Positions 10,583-20,400 of a stretch of 64,000 bases of DNA are shown one piece after another. Made by a program: the position numbers and the translations under genes. The stretch is from an uncultured Clostridia bacterium (GTDB lineage Bacteria > Bacillota > Clostridia > TANB77 > CAG-508), in the NCBI GenBank assembly GCA_947594845.1, contig CANQEI010000004.1, positions 29,890-93,889 on the forward strand. The letters are read 5' to 3'. The stretch's first letter is position 1; every line of letters begins with the position of its first letter. A model generated the notes under the pieces. The model searched no databases. It was not told the DNA's origin and was given only the letters and a program-made list of their open reading frames with translations.

Positions 10583-10795
10583 TTTAGTTTATCCTAAATT
10601 ATAAAAGCTAGTCAAAATAAGAAATAAAATTGTATCGTCAAAGTATTCTAAAACAATAAATTTAATTTAGTTTATCTTAAATTATAAAAAATAACCAAAA
10701 TAAGAAATTAAATTATAGCATAAAAATATTCTGGAACAATAAATTCAATTGATTTTAAATTATAAAAGACAGCAAAAAACAATAAACCTCATTTA
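10583..10795. repeat. Imperfect 83-nt tandem repeat, about 2.5 copies, intergenic
   Basis: Copies start at 10583, 10666 and 10749 (partial). Copies 1 and 2 are roughly 80% identical by hand alignment (tttagtttatcYtaaattataaaa...caaaataagaaat...tattct..caataaatt). Confidence 0.8.
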
Positions 10796-10815
10796 GAATA
10801 AACTAAATGAGGTTT
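10770..10815 (-). terminator. Rho-independent terminator of rplU-rpmA
   Basis: Perfect 12-bp stem aaacctcattta (10784-10795) / taaatgaggttt (10804-10815), loop gaataaac. The minus strand then reads ttgttttttg. Confidence 0.75.
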
Positions 10816-10822
10816 TATTATA

Positions 10823-11086
10823 TTATTTAGATTCAACAGGATAAACACTAACTTGTTTTTTATCTTTACCTAATTTTTCGAACTTAACTGTTCCATCTGA
10901 TAAAGCAAATAAAGTGTCATCGCTACCTTTTCCAACATTCATACCTGGATGAATGTGTGTGCCTCTTTGTCTAACTAAAATATTTCCAGCTAGTACAAAT
11001 TGTCCATCAGCTCTTTTTGGACCTAAACGTTTTGACTCACTATCTCTACCGTTTTTAACACTACCTTGACCTTTTTTATGTGCCAC
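10823..11086 (-). CDS. rpmA: 50S ribosomal protein L27 (no N-terminal propeptide)
   Basis: [31 protein letters not shown]...RQRGT matches the L27 signature from residue 1. Confidence 0.95.
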   Translation of the reverse strand: MAHKKGQGSVKNGRDSESKRLGPKRADGQFVLAGNILVRQRGTHIHPGMNVGKGSDDTLFALSDGTVKFEKLGKDKKQVSVYPVESK

Positions 11087-11139
11087 TTAAATTCACTCCC
11101 TTCACATATTTTTATATGTTACGTTTTATAATAATCTAA

Positions 11140-11607
11140 TTATTCAGCTTTTTTTGTTGTAGCTTTTTTAGCTGTTGTAGATTTTGCTGTTGTTTTTGTT
11201 GCAGTTGACTTTGTTGTTTTAGTTGTAGTAGTTTTTTCTTTAACTTCAGCAGCCTTTGGTGCTTTTTCTTCAGCTACAGTTTCTGATTTAGCTGTAGGTA
11301 ATTTTATAGCAGTAATTTCTACTTTTGTATATGGTTGTCTATGACCTTGTGTTCTTCTATAATTCTTTTTAGCCTTATATTTGAATACAAGAATTTTTTT
11401 ACCTTTACCATGAGAAACTACAGTTCCTTCAACTTTTACACCTTTAACATAAGGATTTCCAACTTGTACTTTTTTGTCATCTGAGAATAATATAACTTGA
11501 TCAAAAGTTACTTTTTTTCCTTCTTCAGCATCTAATTTTTCAAAAAATACAACATCTCCCTTTGTTACTTTGTACTGTTTTCCACATGCTTCAATAATTG
11601 CGTACAT
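11140..11607 (-). CDS. rplU: 50S ribosomal protein L21 with a ~50-aa T/K/A-rich C-terminal tail
   Basis: [25 protein letters not shown]...[15 protein letters not shown] is the L21 core. The tail is ...[31 protein letters not shown]. Confidence 0.93.
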   Translation of the reverse strand: MYAIIEACGKQYKVTKGDVVFFEKLDAEEGKKVTFDQVILFSDDKKVQVGNPYVKGVKVEGTVVSHGKGKKILVFKYKAKKNYRRTQGHRQPYTKVEITAIKLPTAKSETVAEEKAPKAAEVKEKTTTTKTTKSTATKTTAKSTTAKKATTKKAE

Positions 11608-11737
11608 TTAAGTACACCTCCCTTTTTTGTATACTCGCTAATCCTTAAACATGGGTAGTTAGAAAACTAACATTTATGGAACCCTAATTAAGCGGATTAC
11701 ATTTACATATTCTAGCACAGGAGGCAATAAATGTCAA
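11608..11737 (-). promoter_or_regulatory. rplU promoter plus ~100-nt 5' leader (possible L21-leader type autoregulatory RNA)
   Basis: On the minus strand: TTGACA (11737-11732), 17-nt spacer, TGcTAGAAT extended -10 (-10 hexamer 11714-11709). The long UTR contains hairpins such as gttagttttctaac. An L21 leader is known in low-GC Gram-positives, but I cannot verify its structure here. Confidence 0.5.
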
Positions 11738-11811
11738 CATAAAAATATATCTTTTTAAATTGACTTTAATTAAAATTTAATATATTATTTTAAAAGATAT
11801 TTGAAAAGGAG

Positions 11812-12591
11812 TTGAGAATTTTGGAAAATAAGGGTATATATATCACAATTGGATTAATTGCCGTTTTAGTATTTGCAGTAATTGTTATAATAATATTATC
11901 AGATGGAAGAGACAAAAAAGCTGATAACCAAGCAAATACTACAAATACTACAAATAAAATTAATTATGAAGAAGCTGCTGAAAAACAAATGGCAAAACCT
12001 GAAAAAGGGGAAACAATAGCAGTAATGCATGTTAAAAATTTTGGAGATATTACATTCAAATTTTTTGAAGATAAGGCACCAAAAGCCGTAGAAAATTTCT
12101 TAACACATGCAAAAGAAGGATACTATAATGGCGTAAAATTCCATAGAGTAATAGAAGAATTTATGATTCAAGGTGGAGATCCTAAAGGAGATGGAACAGG
12201 TGGAGAAAGCATTTGGGGAACAGGATTTGAAGAAGAATTTGATGATAGTCTAGTTCCATATAGAGGAGCTTTATGCATGGCAAGTGCAGGAGTAGGAAGA
12301 TCTTCATTGGGAAGCCAATTTTTTATAGTACAAGCAAATCCAGATAATCAAACAGCACAGGCATTAACATCAAGAAATTATGATTCTTCTTTAGTAGAAC
12401 AATACAAAAAATACGGAGGAAATATATATAGTTTATATAAACAATACACAGTATTTGGACAAGTTGTGGAAGGAATGGATGTTGTTGATAGCATAGCTAA
12501 AGTTGAAACAACTATGAGCTCAAATGGAGAAATGTCATCACCTGTAGAAGATGTAATAATAGAATCAATAGAAGTAAAAACACAAGAATAA
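11812..12591 (+). CDS. ppiB: Membrane-anchored cyclophilin-type peptidyl-prolyl cis-trans isomerase
   Basis: N-terminal TM (IYITIGLIAVLVFAVIVIIIL), then the cyclophilin core FHRVIEEFMIQGGDP...GTGGESIWG...LCMASAG...GSQFFIV. The start could instead be the TTG at 11821, which is better spaced from the AAGGAG. Confidence 0.88.
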   Translation: MRILENKGIYITIGLIAVLVFAVIVIIILSDGRDKKADNQANTTNTTNKINYEEAAEKQMAKPEKGETIAVMHVKNFGDITFKFFEDKAPKAVENFLTHAKEGYYNGVKFHRVIEEFMIQGGDPKGDGTGGESIWGTGFEEEFDDSLVPYRGALCMASAGVGRSSLGSQFFIVQANPDNQTAQALTSRNYDSSLVEQYKKYGGNIYSLYKQYTVFGQVVEGMDVVDSIAKVETTMSSNGEMSSPVEDVIIESIEVKTQE

Positions 12592-12644
12592 AGAATAATG
12601 CAGATTTATGAATCTGCATTATTTGTTTCTAATACAAAAAATAC

Positions 12645-12673
12645 TTGCATATTTAAATAAAGTATGCTAAAAT
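12645..12673 (+). promoter_or_regulatory. Sigma-A promoter of rpsF-ssb-rpsR
   Basis: TTGCAT (12645-12650), 17-nt spacer, TGcTAAAAT extended -10 (12668-12673). A ~60-nt leader precedes rpsF. Confidence 0.6.
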
Positions 12674-12736
12674 AATTGTCGTTAACCTTACTCATATCAC
12701 AGATATGGGTTATATATCCAAAAGGAGGTGTAAATA

Positions 12737-13018
12737 ATGAACAAATATGAAAGCATAATCATTATTAATCCAAGTTTAAGTGAACAAGAAAATAAGGAAA
12801 TTATAACAAAATTCACAGACTTAATTAATACTGATGGAAAAGTAGAAAATGTAGATGAAATGGGATTAAGAAAATTAGCTTATGAAATTCAAAAAAATAC
12901 AGAAGGATATTATGTTGTATACACATTTGAAGCTAACCCACAATTAATTGCTGAATTAGAAAGAGTCTACAGAATTACAGATGGCATTATGAAATTTATA
13001 ACAGTAAGAAAAGATTAA
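12737..13018 (+). CDS. rpsF: 30S ribosomal protein S6
   Basis: MNKYESIIIINPSLSEQE...GLRKLAYEI...GYYVV. It sits in the rpsF-ssb-rpsR operon context. Confidence 0.95.
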   Translation: MNKYESIIIINPSLSEQENKEIITKFTDLINTDGKVENVDEMGLRKLAYEIQKNTEGYYVVYTFEANPQLIAELERVYRITDGIMKFITVRKD

Positions 13019-13060
13019 TAATATTAAGGAAAACCCTTAATATAGAAGGGTGGAATAACA

Positions 13061-13477
13061 ATGAACAAAGTTGTATTAATGGGAAGATTAACAAGAGACC
13101 CTGAAACAAGATATACACAAACAAATAATACTCTAGTTGCTTCATTTACTTTAGCTGTAAATAGAAGATTTGCAAGACAAGGGGAAGAGAGACAAGCTGA
13201 TTTTATTCCTATAGTTGCATGGAACAAAACTGGAGAATTTTGTAGTAAATATTTTAAAAAAGGTCAACAAGTAGGTGTAATTGGTAGAATACAAACAAGA
13301 AATTGGGATGATGATCAAGGTCAAAAACATTATGTTACAGAAGTAATTGCTGAAGAAGCTTACTTTGCAGATAGTAGAAGAGATGGAGCAGGAGATAATT
13401 TTGAGAATACTTTCGGAACAGCAGTTTCAGAAAGCCAAGAGTTCCAAGTTTCTTCTGATGATGATCTACCATTCTAA
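13061..13477 (+). CDS. ssb: Single-stranded DNA-binding protein
   Basis: OB-fold [15 protein letters not shown]...FTLAVNR...[10 protein letters not shown] and the acidic C-terminal tip DDDLPF. Confidence 0.95.
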   Translation: MNKVVLMGRLTRDPETRYTQTNNTLVASFTLAVNRRFARQGEERQADFIPIVAWNKTGEFCSKYFKKGQQVGVIGRIQTRNWDDDQGQKHYVTEVIAEEAYFADSRRDGAGDNFENTFGTAVSESQEFQVSSDDDLPF

Positions 13478-13503
13478 AATTAGAAAAGATTGGGGGTATA
13501 AAA

Positions 13504-13788
13504 ATGGCTGATAATAAGAAAAATAGAAAAAACAATAGAAACAATAATATGGATGATGATTTCAATCCAAAATTTAGAAAAGTTAGAAAAAAAGTTTGTC
13601 CTCTATGCAGCGATAAAAACTTTGAATTAGATTTTAAAAATGCTGAGCAATTAAAGAAATTTATTAATGATAAAGGTAAAATATTACCAAGAAGAGCAAC
13701 AGGAGCTTGTGCAAAACATCAAAGAGAAATTACATTAGCTGTAAAGAGAGCAAGACATATTGCTATATTACCATACACACAAGATTAA
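13504..13788 (+). CDS. rpsR: 30S ribosomal protein S18 (N/K-rich N-terminal extension)
   Basis: KVCPLCSDK...[49 protein letters not shown]. Confidence 0.93.
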   Translation: MADNKKNRKNNRNNNMDDDFNPKFRKVRKKVCPLCSDKNFELDFKNAEQLKKFINDKGKILPRRATGACAKHQREITLAVKRARHIAILPYTQD

Positions 13789-13799
13789 TAAATAAAAAG

Positions 13800-13826
13800 A
13801 ACGTTGAGAAATCAACGTTTTTTTGT
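13800..13826 (+). terminator. Rho-independent terminator of the rpsF operon
   Basis: aacgttga (13800-13807) / tcaacgtt (13812-13819), loop gaaa, T-run. Confidence 0.75.
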
Positions 13827-13932
13827 TTTTTAATTTAAAATTTAATGCAACTAGAATTTTTTTGTAACTTTATTGACTTCATCATTATTTTTAATACATA
13901 CAAGATTGAGAAATTAAAGTAATATGGTGTAA

Positions 13933-13976
13933 GAAAAAATATGAGACTATAAATTAATATAGTCTCATATTTTTTT
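13933..13976. terminator. Bidirectional terminator (serves the PBP gene on the minus strand)
   Basis: Perfect 13-bp stem atatgagactata (13939-13951) / tatagtctcatat (13958-13970) flanked by an A-run and a T-run. Confidence 0.75.
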
Positions 13977-14009
13977 ATTTATCAATATATAATTTATTCT
14001 ATTTTTATA

Positions 14010-16256
14010 CTATTGAGCTCCACCAGAAATTTCTTCTTTAAGAGTTACTGTAATTACACTTCCTTCAGGAACTTCAGTTCCTGCCATGACATCTTGCGAA
14101 ACAACTCTACCTTCACCTTCAACAGAAATATTTAAGTCAACTGATAACAAAGAATTTTTTGCTTGATCTGCTGTTTTTCCTTTTAAATCTGGAACTTGTT
14201 TTTGAAGTTTTTCAGATCCATTTGTATATAAACAAATTACTGAACCAGATTGAAGAGATGTTCCAGCTATAGGATATTGTGAAGTAACAGTGACATCAGA
14301 ATCTGCAGAAGATCTTAAAATAACACTGAAACCAGAATTTTCTAAAATTTTTCTTGCTTCTGTTAAAGTTTTTCCAGTAACTGTAGGGACTGTTAATAAT
14401 TTATCTATATTTTCAGAAGTTATTGTTGAAGTAATTCCTAGATGAGGCAAAACTTCAGATAATATTTGAGATGCAACAGGAGCACAAACTGTACCACCTT
14501 GATGACTACCAGAAGTAGGTTTATAAAGAACAACTAAAACAGCAACCTCTGGATTTTCAACAGGAGATATTGCAACAAAAGATGCTGTATATCCCTCTTC
14601 AGGTTTACCAACTGGTGGTTCGGAAGTACCACTTTTTCCACCAACTGAATATCCTGCAACTGCAGCATTTTTACCAGTACCACCAGTAACAACAGATCCC
14701 ATCATATCTTTGATTTTGTCAGATGTTGTTTTAGAAATAACTTGTCTTACTTTTACTGGAGGAACCTCAGTTACAACTCCGGTATCTGGATTAACTAATT
14801 TACTAACAATACGTGGTTGCATTAAATCACCACCATTAACACAAGCGCAAACAGAAGTTATTAGTTGAAGTGGTGTAATTGTAAAACGTTGACCAAAAGA
14901 CATTGTTGCAAGTTCAACTGGTCCACAAGAATCGTAAGGATGAAAATATCCACTAGCTTCACCTGGCAATCTAACTCCTGTTTTTCCAAGTAATCCAAAA
15001 CCATTTAAGTACTTATAAAATCTTTCTTTACCAATACGTTGACCAAGTTGTATAAAAGAAGGGTTACAAGAATTTTGAAGGGCACCTCGAAGAGATAAAG
15101 AACCATGCGCATTTTTTGCCCAACATTGTATATCATAATTACCTACGTGATAAGAATGTGCACAATAAAAGTCACCTGGTGTATCTGTTTCTACTAGATT
15201 TTCTTCTAGACCAATTGCTGAAGTTATAATTTTAAAAGTAGAACCAGGTTCGTATCCGTTTGCGATAGGTTTATTACGCCACATTTGGAAAAGAGCAGAA
15301 TTTTTTTCTTCTTGGGACAAAGTATCCCAAACGGCTTGAAGTTCAGCAGTATTAGGCGTATATGGAGAATTTAAATCATATGTTGGATAGCTAGCTTCGG
15401 CTAAAATATCGCCAGTAGAAGGCTTCATTATTATAACACATCCACCATTTGATTTATTTTCAATAACTGCCTGCTCTAAGTATTTTTCAGCAATCTGCTG
15501 AACAGTTGCATCTATTGTTAAATAAAGATCACTACCATTTTGGGCTGGAATATATTGCTCATTTTCATCTGAAATAGCTTGTTTATTTACATTTGTTGAA
15601 GTAACGATCCTTCCAGGAGTTCCAGAAAGTTCATCATTCCAAGAATTTTCTATTCCATCAATTCCAGTATCTGTACCATAAAAACCAATAATGTTTGAAG
15701 CCAAATTATTATAAGGGTAAGTTCTCTTAGAATCTTCATCTATATTTATTCCAGAGGCAATACCTTTTTCTTCCATCCATGCTTTTAAATTGTCAACAGC
15801 TGTTTTATCAACTCTTCTAGCAACAGTTATAAGAGAAGAGGAAGAATTTAAAGTATTCATAACATCATCATAGTTTAAAGAAAATATTTCTGAAAACCCT
15901 TCTGCCAAAACTTCTTTTGGAACTTCAGTCTTATCATTATAAATAACATTTCCATTATTAATACTAATAGTATCAACAGAAGAGCTTATTGCCAAGATTT
16001 TATTGGTTGAATCATAAATTGTTCCTCTTTTACTAGCTAAAACTTGACTTTTAGTTTGCTGCTTATAGGCATTTTCTTTATATTCTGCACCCTTTACAAA
16101 TTGAATATAACCAATTCTAACAAGTAATGCTAAAAAACAAATAATAAAGCCAACCAGCAAAAATAAAGAACGAACATTAGATACTTGCTTTTGATTAACT
16201 GACGGCTTAGTAGAATTTTTCTTTTTTATTACGCGCTTTTTACCTATGATAATCAC
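14010..16256 (-). CDS. Class B penicillin-binding protein (FtsI/PBP2B/SpoVD family) with two C-terminal PASTA domains
   Basis: N-terminal TM anchor, SxxK (GSTFKI), SxN (NSCNPS) and KSG (GGKSGTS). PASTA-like repeats are VPTVTGKTLTEARKILENSGF... and VPDLKGKTADQAKNSL.... The GTG at 16256 abuts the SD, so the exact start is uncertain. Confidence 0.9.
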   Translation of the reverse strand: MIIIGKKRVIKKKNSTKPSVNQKQVSNVRSLFLLVGFIICFLALLVRIGYIQFVKGAEYKENAYKQQTKSQVLASKRGTIYDSTNKILAISSSVDTISINNGNVIYNDKTEVPKEVLAEGFSEIFSLNYDDVMNTLNSSSSLITVARRVDKTAVDNLKAWMEEKGIASGINIDEDSKRTYPYNNLASNIIGFYGTDTGIDGIENSWNDELSGTPGRIVTSTNVNKQAISDENEQYIPAQNGSDLYLTIDATVQQIAEKYLEQAVIENKSNGGCVIIMKPSTGDILAEASYPTYDLNSPYTPNTAELQAVWDTLSQEEKNSALFQMWRNKPIANGYEPGSTFKIITSAIGLEENLVETDTPGDFYCAHSYHVGNYDIQCWAKNAHGSLSLRGALQNSCNPSFIQLGQRIGKERFYKYLNGFGLLGKTGVRLPGEASGYFHPYDSCGPVELATMSFGQRFTITPLQLITSVCACVNGGDLMQPRIVSKLVNPDTGVVTEVPPVKVRQVISKTTSDKIKDMMGSVVTGGTGKNAAVAGYSVGGKSGTSEPPVGKPEEGYTASFVAISPVENPEVAVLVVLYKPTSGSHQGGTVCAPVASQILSEVLPHLGITSTITSENIDKLLTVPTVTGKTLTEARKILENSGFSVILRSSADSDVTVTSQYPIAGTSLQSGSVICLYTNGSEKLQKQVPDLKGKTADQAKNSLLSVDLNISVEGEGRVVSQDVMAGTEVPEGSVITVTLKEEISGGAQ

Positions 16257-16346
16257 CTCTTTTGTACAATCTACTTAACACAAATATTTTATAATATAGA
16301 AAAGTAAAAATCAATATGATATAATGCAAAATAGGAGAGAATAAGA

Positions 16347-17198
16347 ATGAATTTATATGATGAAACAAAATTTATAATGAAGCAAAATAATATAGTAGCA
16401 AATAAAAATTTAGGTCAAAATTTCTTAATAGATGAAGATATTGTTAATAACATAGTTAGTGCAGCAGAATTAACTCAGGAAGATTTAGTAATAGAAATTG
16501 GTCCAGGACTTGGAAACCTAACAAAAAAATTATTAGAAAAAGCAGGAAAAGTTATTTGCATAGAACTAGATTTAAAAATGGTAAAGCTATTATCTAATAG
16601 GTTCAAACTATATAAAAATTTTGAAATTATAAATGATGATGTATTAAAAGTAGATTTAAAGAAAATTATAGATGAAAGTAAAACAGACAAAATAAAAAAT
16701 GCAAAAATTGTAGCCAATCTACCATATTATATAACGACACCAATTATAATGAAATTATTAGAAGATAAGTTAGACATACAAAGTATAATAGTTATGATAC
16801 AGAAAGAAGTAGCAGAAAGATTAGCAGAAAGACCTGGAGGAAAAGAATCTGGAAGTATAACATATGCAATTTGGTATTATACAGAGCCAGAAATAATTTT
16901 AGAAGTACCAAATTCTTCATTTATTCCAGAACCAAAAGTACAATCTGCCGTAATAAAATTTAACATACTTAGTGAACCGAGAATAAAATTGTACAATGAG
17001 ACAATGTTCTTTAAAGTAATAAAAGCAGCATTTATGCAAAAAAGAAAAACTTTGGTAAATGCTTTAACAAATGCAGGAATTTTTAAAAATAGAGAAGAAG
17101 CAATAAATTGCCTAGGGAAACTGGGAATTGATGAAAAAATTAGAGGCGAAAAACTGACACTAGAGCAATATAATGAAATAACAAAGATGATAATATAA
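16347..17198 (+). CDS. rsmA: 16S rRNA (adenine1518/1519-N6)-dimethyltransferase
   Basis: LGQNFLIDEDIV, SAM site VIEIGPGLGNLT, and ANLPYYITTPI. Confidence 0.93.
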   Translation: MNLYDETKFIMKQNNIVANKNLGQNFLIDEDIVNNIVSAAELTQEDLVIEIGPGLGNLTKKLLEKAGKVICIELDLKMVKLLSNRFKLYKNFEIINDDVLKVDLKKIIDESKTDKIKNAKIVANLPYYITTPIIMKLLEDKLDIQSIIVMIQKEVAERLAERPGGKESGSITYAIWYYTEPEIILEVPNSSFIPEPKVQSAVIKFNILSEPRIKLYNETMFFKVIKAAFMQKRKTLVNALTNAGIFKNREEAINCLGKLGIDEKIRGEKLTLEQYNEITKMII

Positions 17199-17201
17199 TG
17201 A

Positions 17202-17241
17202 AATACTATGAATGCAAAATTACATTCATAGTATTTTTTTT
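17202..17241 (+). terminator. Rho-independent terminator of rsmA
   Basis: Perfect 13-bp stem aatactatgaatg (17202-17214) / cattcatagtatt (17223-17235), T-run. Confidence 0.8.
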
Positions 17242-17332
17242 ATTTACAATCATTGATATATGCATAATATAGAGAAAAAAGAACAAACGTAACACTTTTT
17301 TAAAAAAAGTGTAATATTTTTGAAATAAATTA

Positions 17333-17361
17333 TTGAAAAATGCCTATAGGTATAGTATAAT
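17333..17361 (+). promoter_or_regulatory. Sigma-A promoter of the giant surface-protein operon
   Basis: TTGAAA (17333-17338), 17-nt spacer, TATAAT (17356-17361), about 65 nt before the ATG at 17426. Confidence 0.6.
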
Positions 17362-17425
17362 ATTATTGTGAGTTTGCCTGAATGGAAAAGCTTACGGAAA
17401 GAAGGAAACCAAGGAGGATGTTTAT

Positions 17426-20400
17426 ATGTTAAAAAGGGGTGCAATTGACAGAAAGATAATAGCAACAATTTTAATTTTTTGTTTTGCTTTTATGAATTAC
17501 TTTACATTATTTTCAACAATAAGTTTTGCAGATGATAATGAACTAGGAAAACAAAAATCAAGCCGTTCATCTGCTAACGTTGAATATGATGTAAAGTTTT
17601 TTCAAAATAACGAAGAAAAAGGATATGAATATGAAGGTGGAATAAATGAAGAAAACTTATCTATTCATATAAAAACAGAAGTAAAAAATGAAGGATATCT
17701 TAGAAATGCAAAAATTTTAATCGAATCAGAAAATGGATTATCTTTTGATATTTTAGCAGAAAGCGGAGATAAGTATCAAATAAAAGATAATCAAATTGAC
17801 TTATCAAATATAGCTGCAGGAGAGATGTCTGAAATAGTATTACCAATTAAATATAAAGAAAGAGAAGACATAGAAAACCTAAACAAAAAAATAAATGCTA
17901 GATTAGTTGGTGTATACGTAGATAAAGACGGAAATGAAAAAGGAATTTCCGAAAATATCATATTAAGACTAGTTTGGAAAACAAATACGCAATTTGAATT
18001 AGAATCTAACATAGAAAAATATATTCCATATGTAAATGAAAATCAAAAAGGAATAATTATACAAACTAGTATAAAGGCTAATATGCCAATAAATAATTCT
18101 TTTGTAGAAAAAGAAGAATTACAAATTGAAGCCCTACAAATTGAAGATTATAAAATAGAAAAAGTATCAGTTGTAAGAAAATCTGGAGAAGAATTATCTC
18201 AAGATAATTGGAAATTTGATGAGGAAAATAATAAGGTAGAAATAAAATTAGAAGATTCTAAATCATTAAAATCTGAAGAATTTCTAATTACATATATTTT
18301 TTCTGGTGAAAAAGAATTACAAATGCCATTAAAATTAAATTCAAATATTAATGGTACTATTTTCATGTTTGGAAATAATGAAACTTCAGCAGCTCAATTA
18401 AATGCTGAATATGATATTACAGAAAAAATTGGAGAAATAGTTACATTTGAAGCAATATCAACAGAAAGTGTAAAAGTAGGTAATTTAATTTCAAATAAAT
18501 TTAATTCAGAAAATAATTATCCTGTAAATTATGAAACTAAAATAGTAAGCAACATTTCTTCAGCAGATTTAGTAGATGGAATAATGATTACTGAAAATAG
18601 TGATGAATTTGAAAAAGAAGAAGTTAAAGTTCCAACAAATTCACTAAATAAATCAATAAGAGTAAATAAAGATAACTTTGAAAAAATATTAGGACAAGAT
18701 GGAACAATACAAATTCTTAACTCAAATGGAGAAGTAGTTGCAGAATTGAATTCAAACATGCTAGTTGATGATAATTATGCAATTACATTTGAAAATGGAT
18801 TAGATACATTGACTATAAAAACAACAGCCCCAAAAACAGATGGAAACTTAATGATAAATATTGAAAAAGAAATTATCAATACTGATTATACAGTAGACGA
18901 AATAAAAACATTCTCAAATATAGATTTAAAATATACAGGAAGTATATTATATGAAGAAAATATTGAAAATAAAGTCTTAGAAATGGAATCAAAAATACAA
19001 TTAGAAAAACCACAAACTAAGGCTGATATAACTTTATCAAGAAATACATTAAGTACAATAGCTGAAAATAATGATATTGAGCTAACTATAAAATTGAATA
19101 ATACAAATGAAGAAGTAGATTTATATCAAAATCCAAGCTTTAGCTTAGTATTTCCTGAATATATAGAAGATGTCGAAGTATCAAATATAGCTTTAGCAAA
19201 CAATGAAGACGTATTTATAATAAAAGACGCTAATATAAATAAAAATGAAGAAGGAAAAATTGTTTTAAATATTGAATTAGAAGGAACACAAAGCAAATAT
19301 AACGCAAATCATTTAGCTAATGGAACAAATTTAATTGTAAAAGCTAATATGAAATTAAACATTTATACTCCAATGAAACAAGATTCAATAGAAATGATAT
19401 ATGCAAACCAAAATGCTACAAGTTATGCAAATACAATTAATGGAATGGGATATGCAGAAGCTAAAATTGAATATAAAGCCCCTGTGGGAATGGTAAGTGT
19501 AAATAAAATTTCTAATTATGGTCAAGAAGGAAAATCAATAGTATCTGTTGAACAAGGAAAAATTACTGACAAAATAGATATATATAGTGATGCAAAAATT
19601 GCTACAATGGAAATTTTAGTTATGAATAACAATGAAAATAATTGTAGCGATATAAAAATATTAGGACGTATACCTTTTAAAGGAAATAAAGACGTTAAAA
19701 CAGGAAAAGACTTAGGAACAACTGTTGACACAACTCTTGCTAGTGGCATTATAGCTGCCCAAGAAAATTTAGCAAATGCTACAGTATATTATTCTACAAA
19801 TGGAGAAGCAACAGAAAAATTAGATGATGAAAAAAATGGATGGACAACAGAAATAAATAATTTATCAGAAGTTAAATCATATCTAATTGTAGTAAATGAT
19901 TATGAAATTAAACCTGGAGATGTTCTAAGATATTCTTATCAATATAGAATACCAGAAAACCTAGAACACAATAATAATATTTATGGTTCTTTTGAAACTA
20001 TATACAGTAATCTAAAAGATGTAGCTACAACAACAGAAATATCAGCACCTGATTTAGTAGGACTTACAACTGGTGTTGGACCACAATTATCTGTAACAGT
20101 ATTGCCAAATATTAAAGATACTGCTAAGGAATATGAAAAAATAAAATATACTATCGAATTAGAAAATAAAGGAACAGATATTGCTGAAGATGTAAAAGTT
20201 AATGTAGCAATACCAAAAGGTTCAACTCTTGCAACACATCAAACACAAAGTACAGTAGAAGCATCAAAAGGTTGGACGCTAAAAGCTGACAAAGAATTTA
20301 CAAAAACAATAAAAAGCATAAATCCAGGAGAAAAACAAACAATAGAGTTTTTTGTACAAGTAAACAAATTGCCAACGATTGAAGAATTCTATGCAAGCAA

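Noticed and set aside
10583-10750. Reiterated promoters inside the 83-nt repeats (minus-strand TTGACT and TATAAT in each unit)
   Set aside because: The two hexamers are only 6 nt apart, which is incompatible with sigma-A spacing. The real tRNA promoter is the TTGACA-17-TATAAT at 10502-10530.
12674-12736. rpsF (S6:S18-binding) leader RNA
   Set aside because: Only a short hairpin (catatc/gatatg) is visible in the ~60-nt UTR. That is not enough to call the motif without a covariance-model search.
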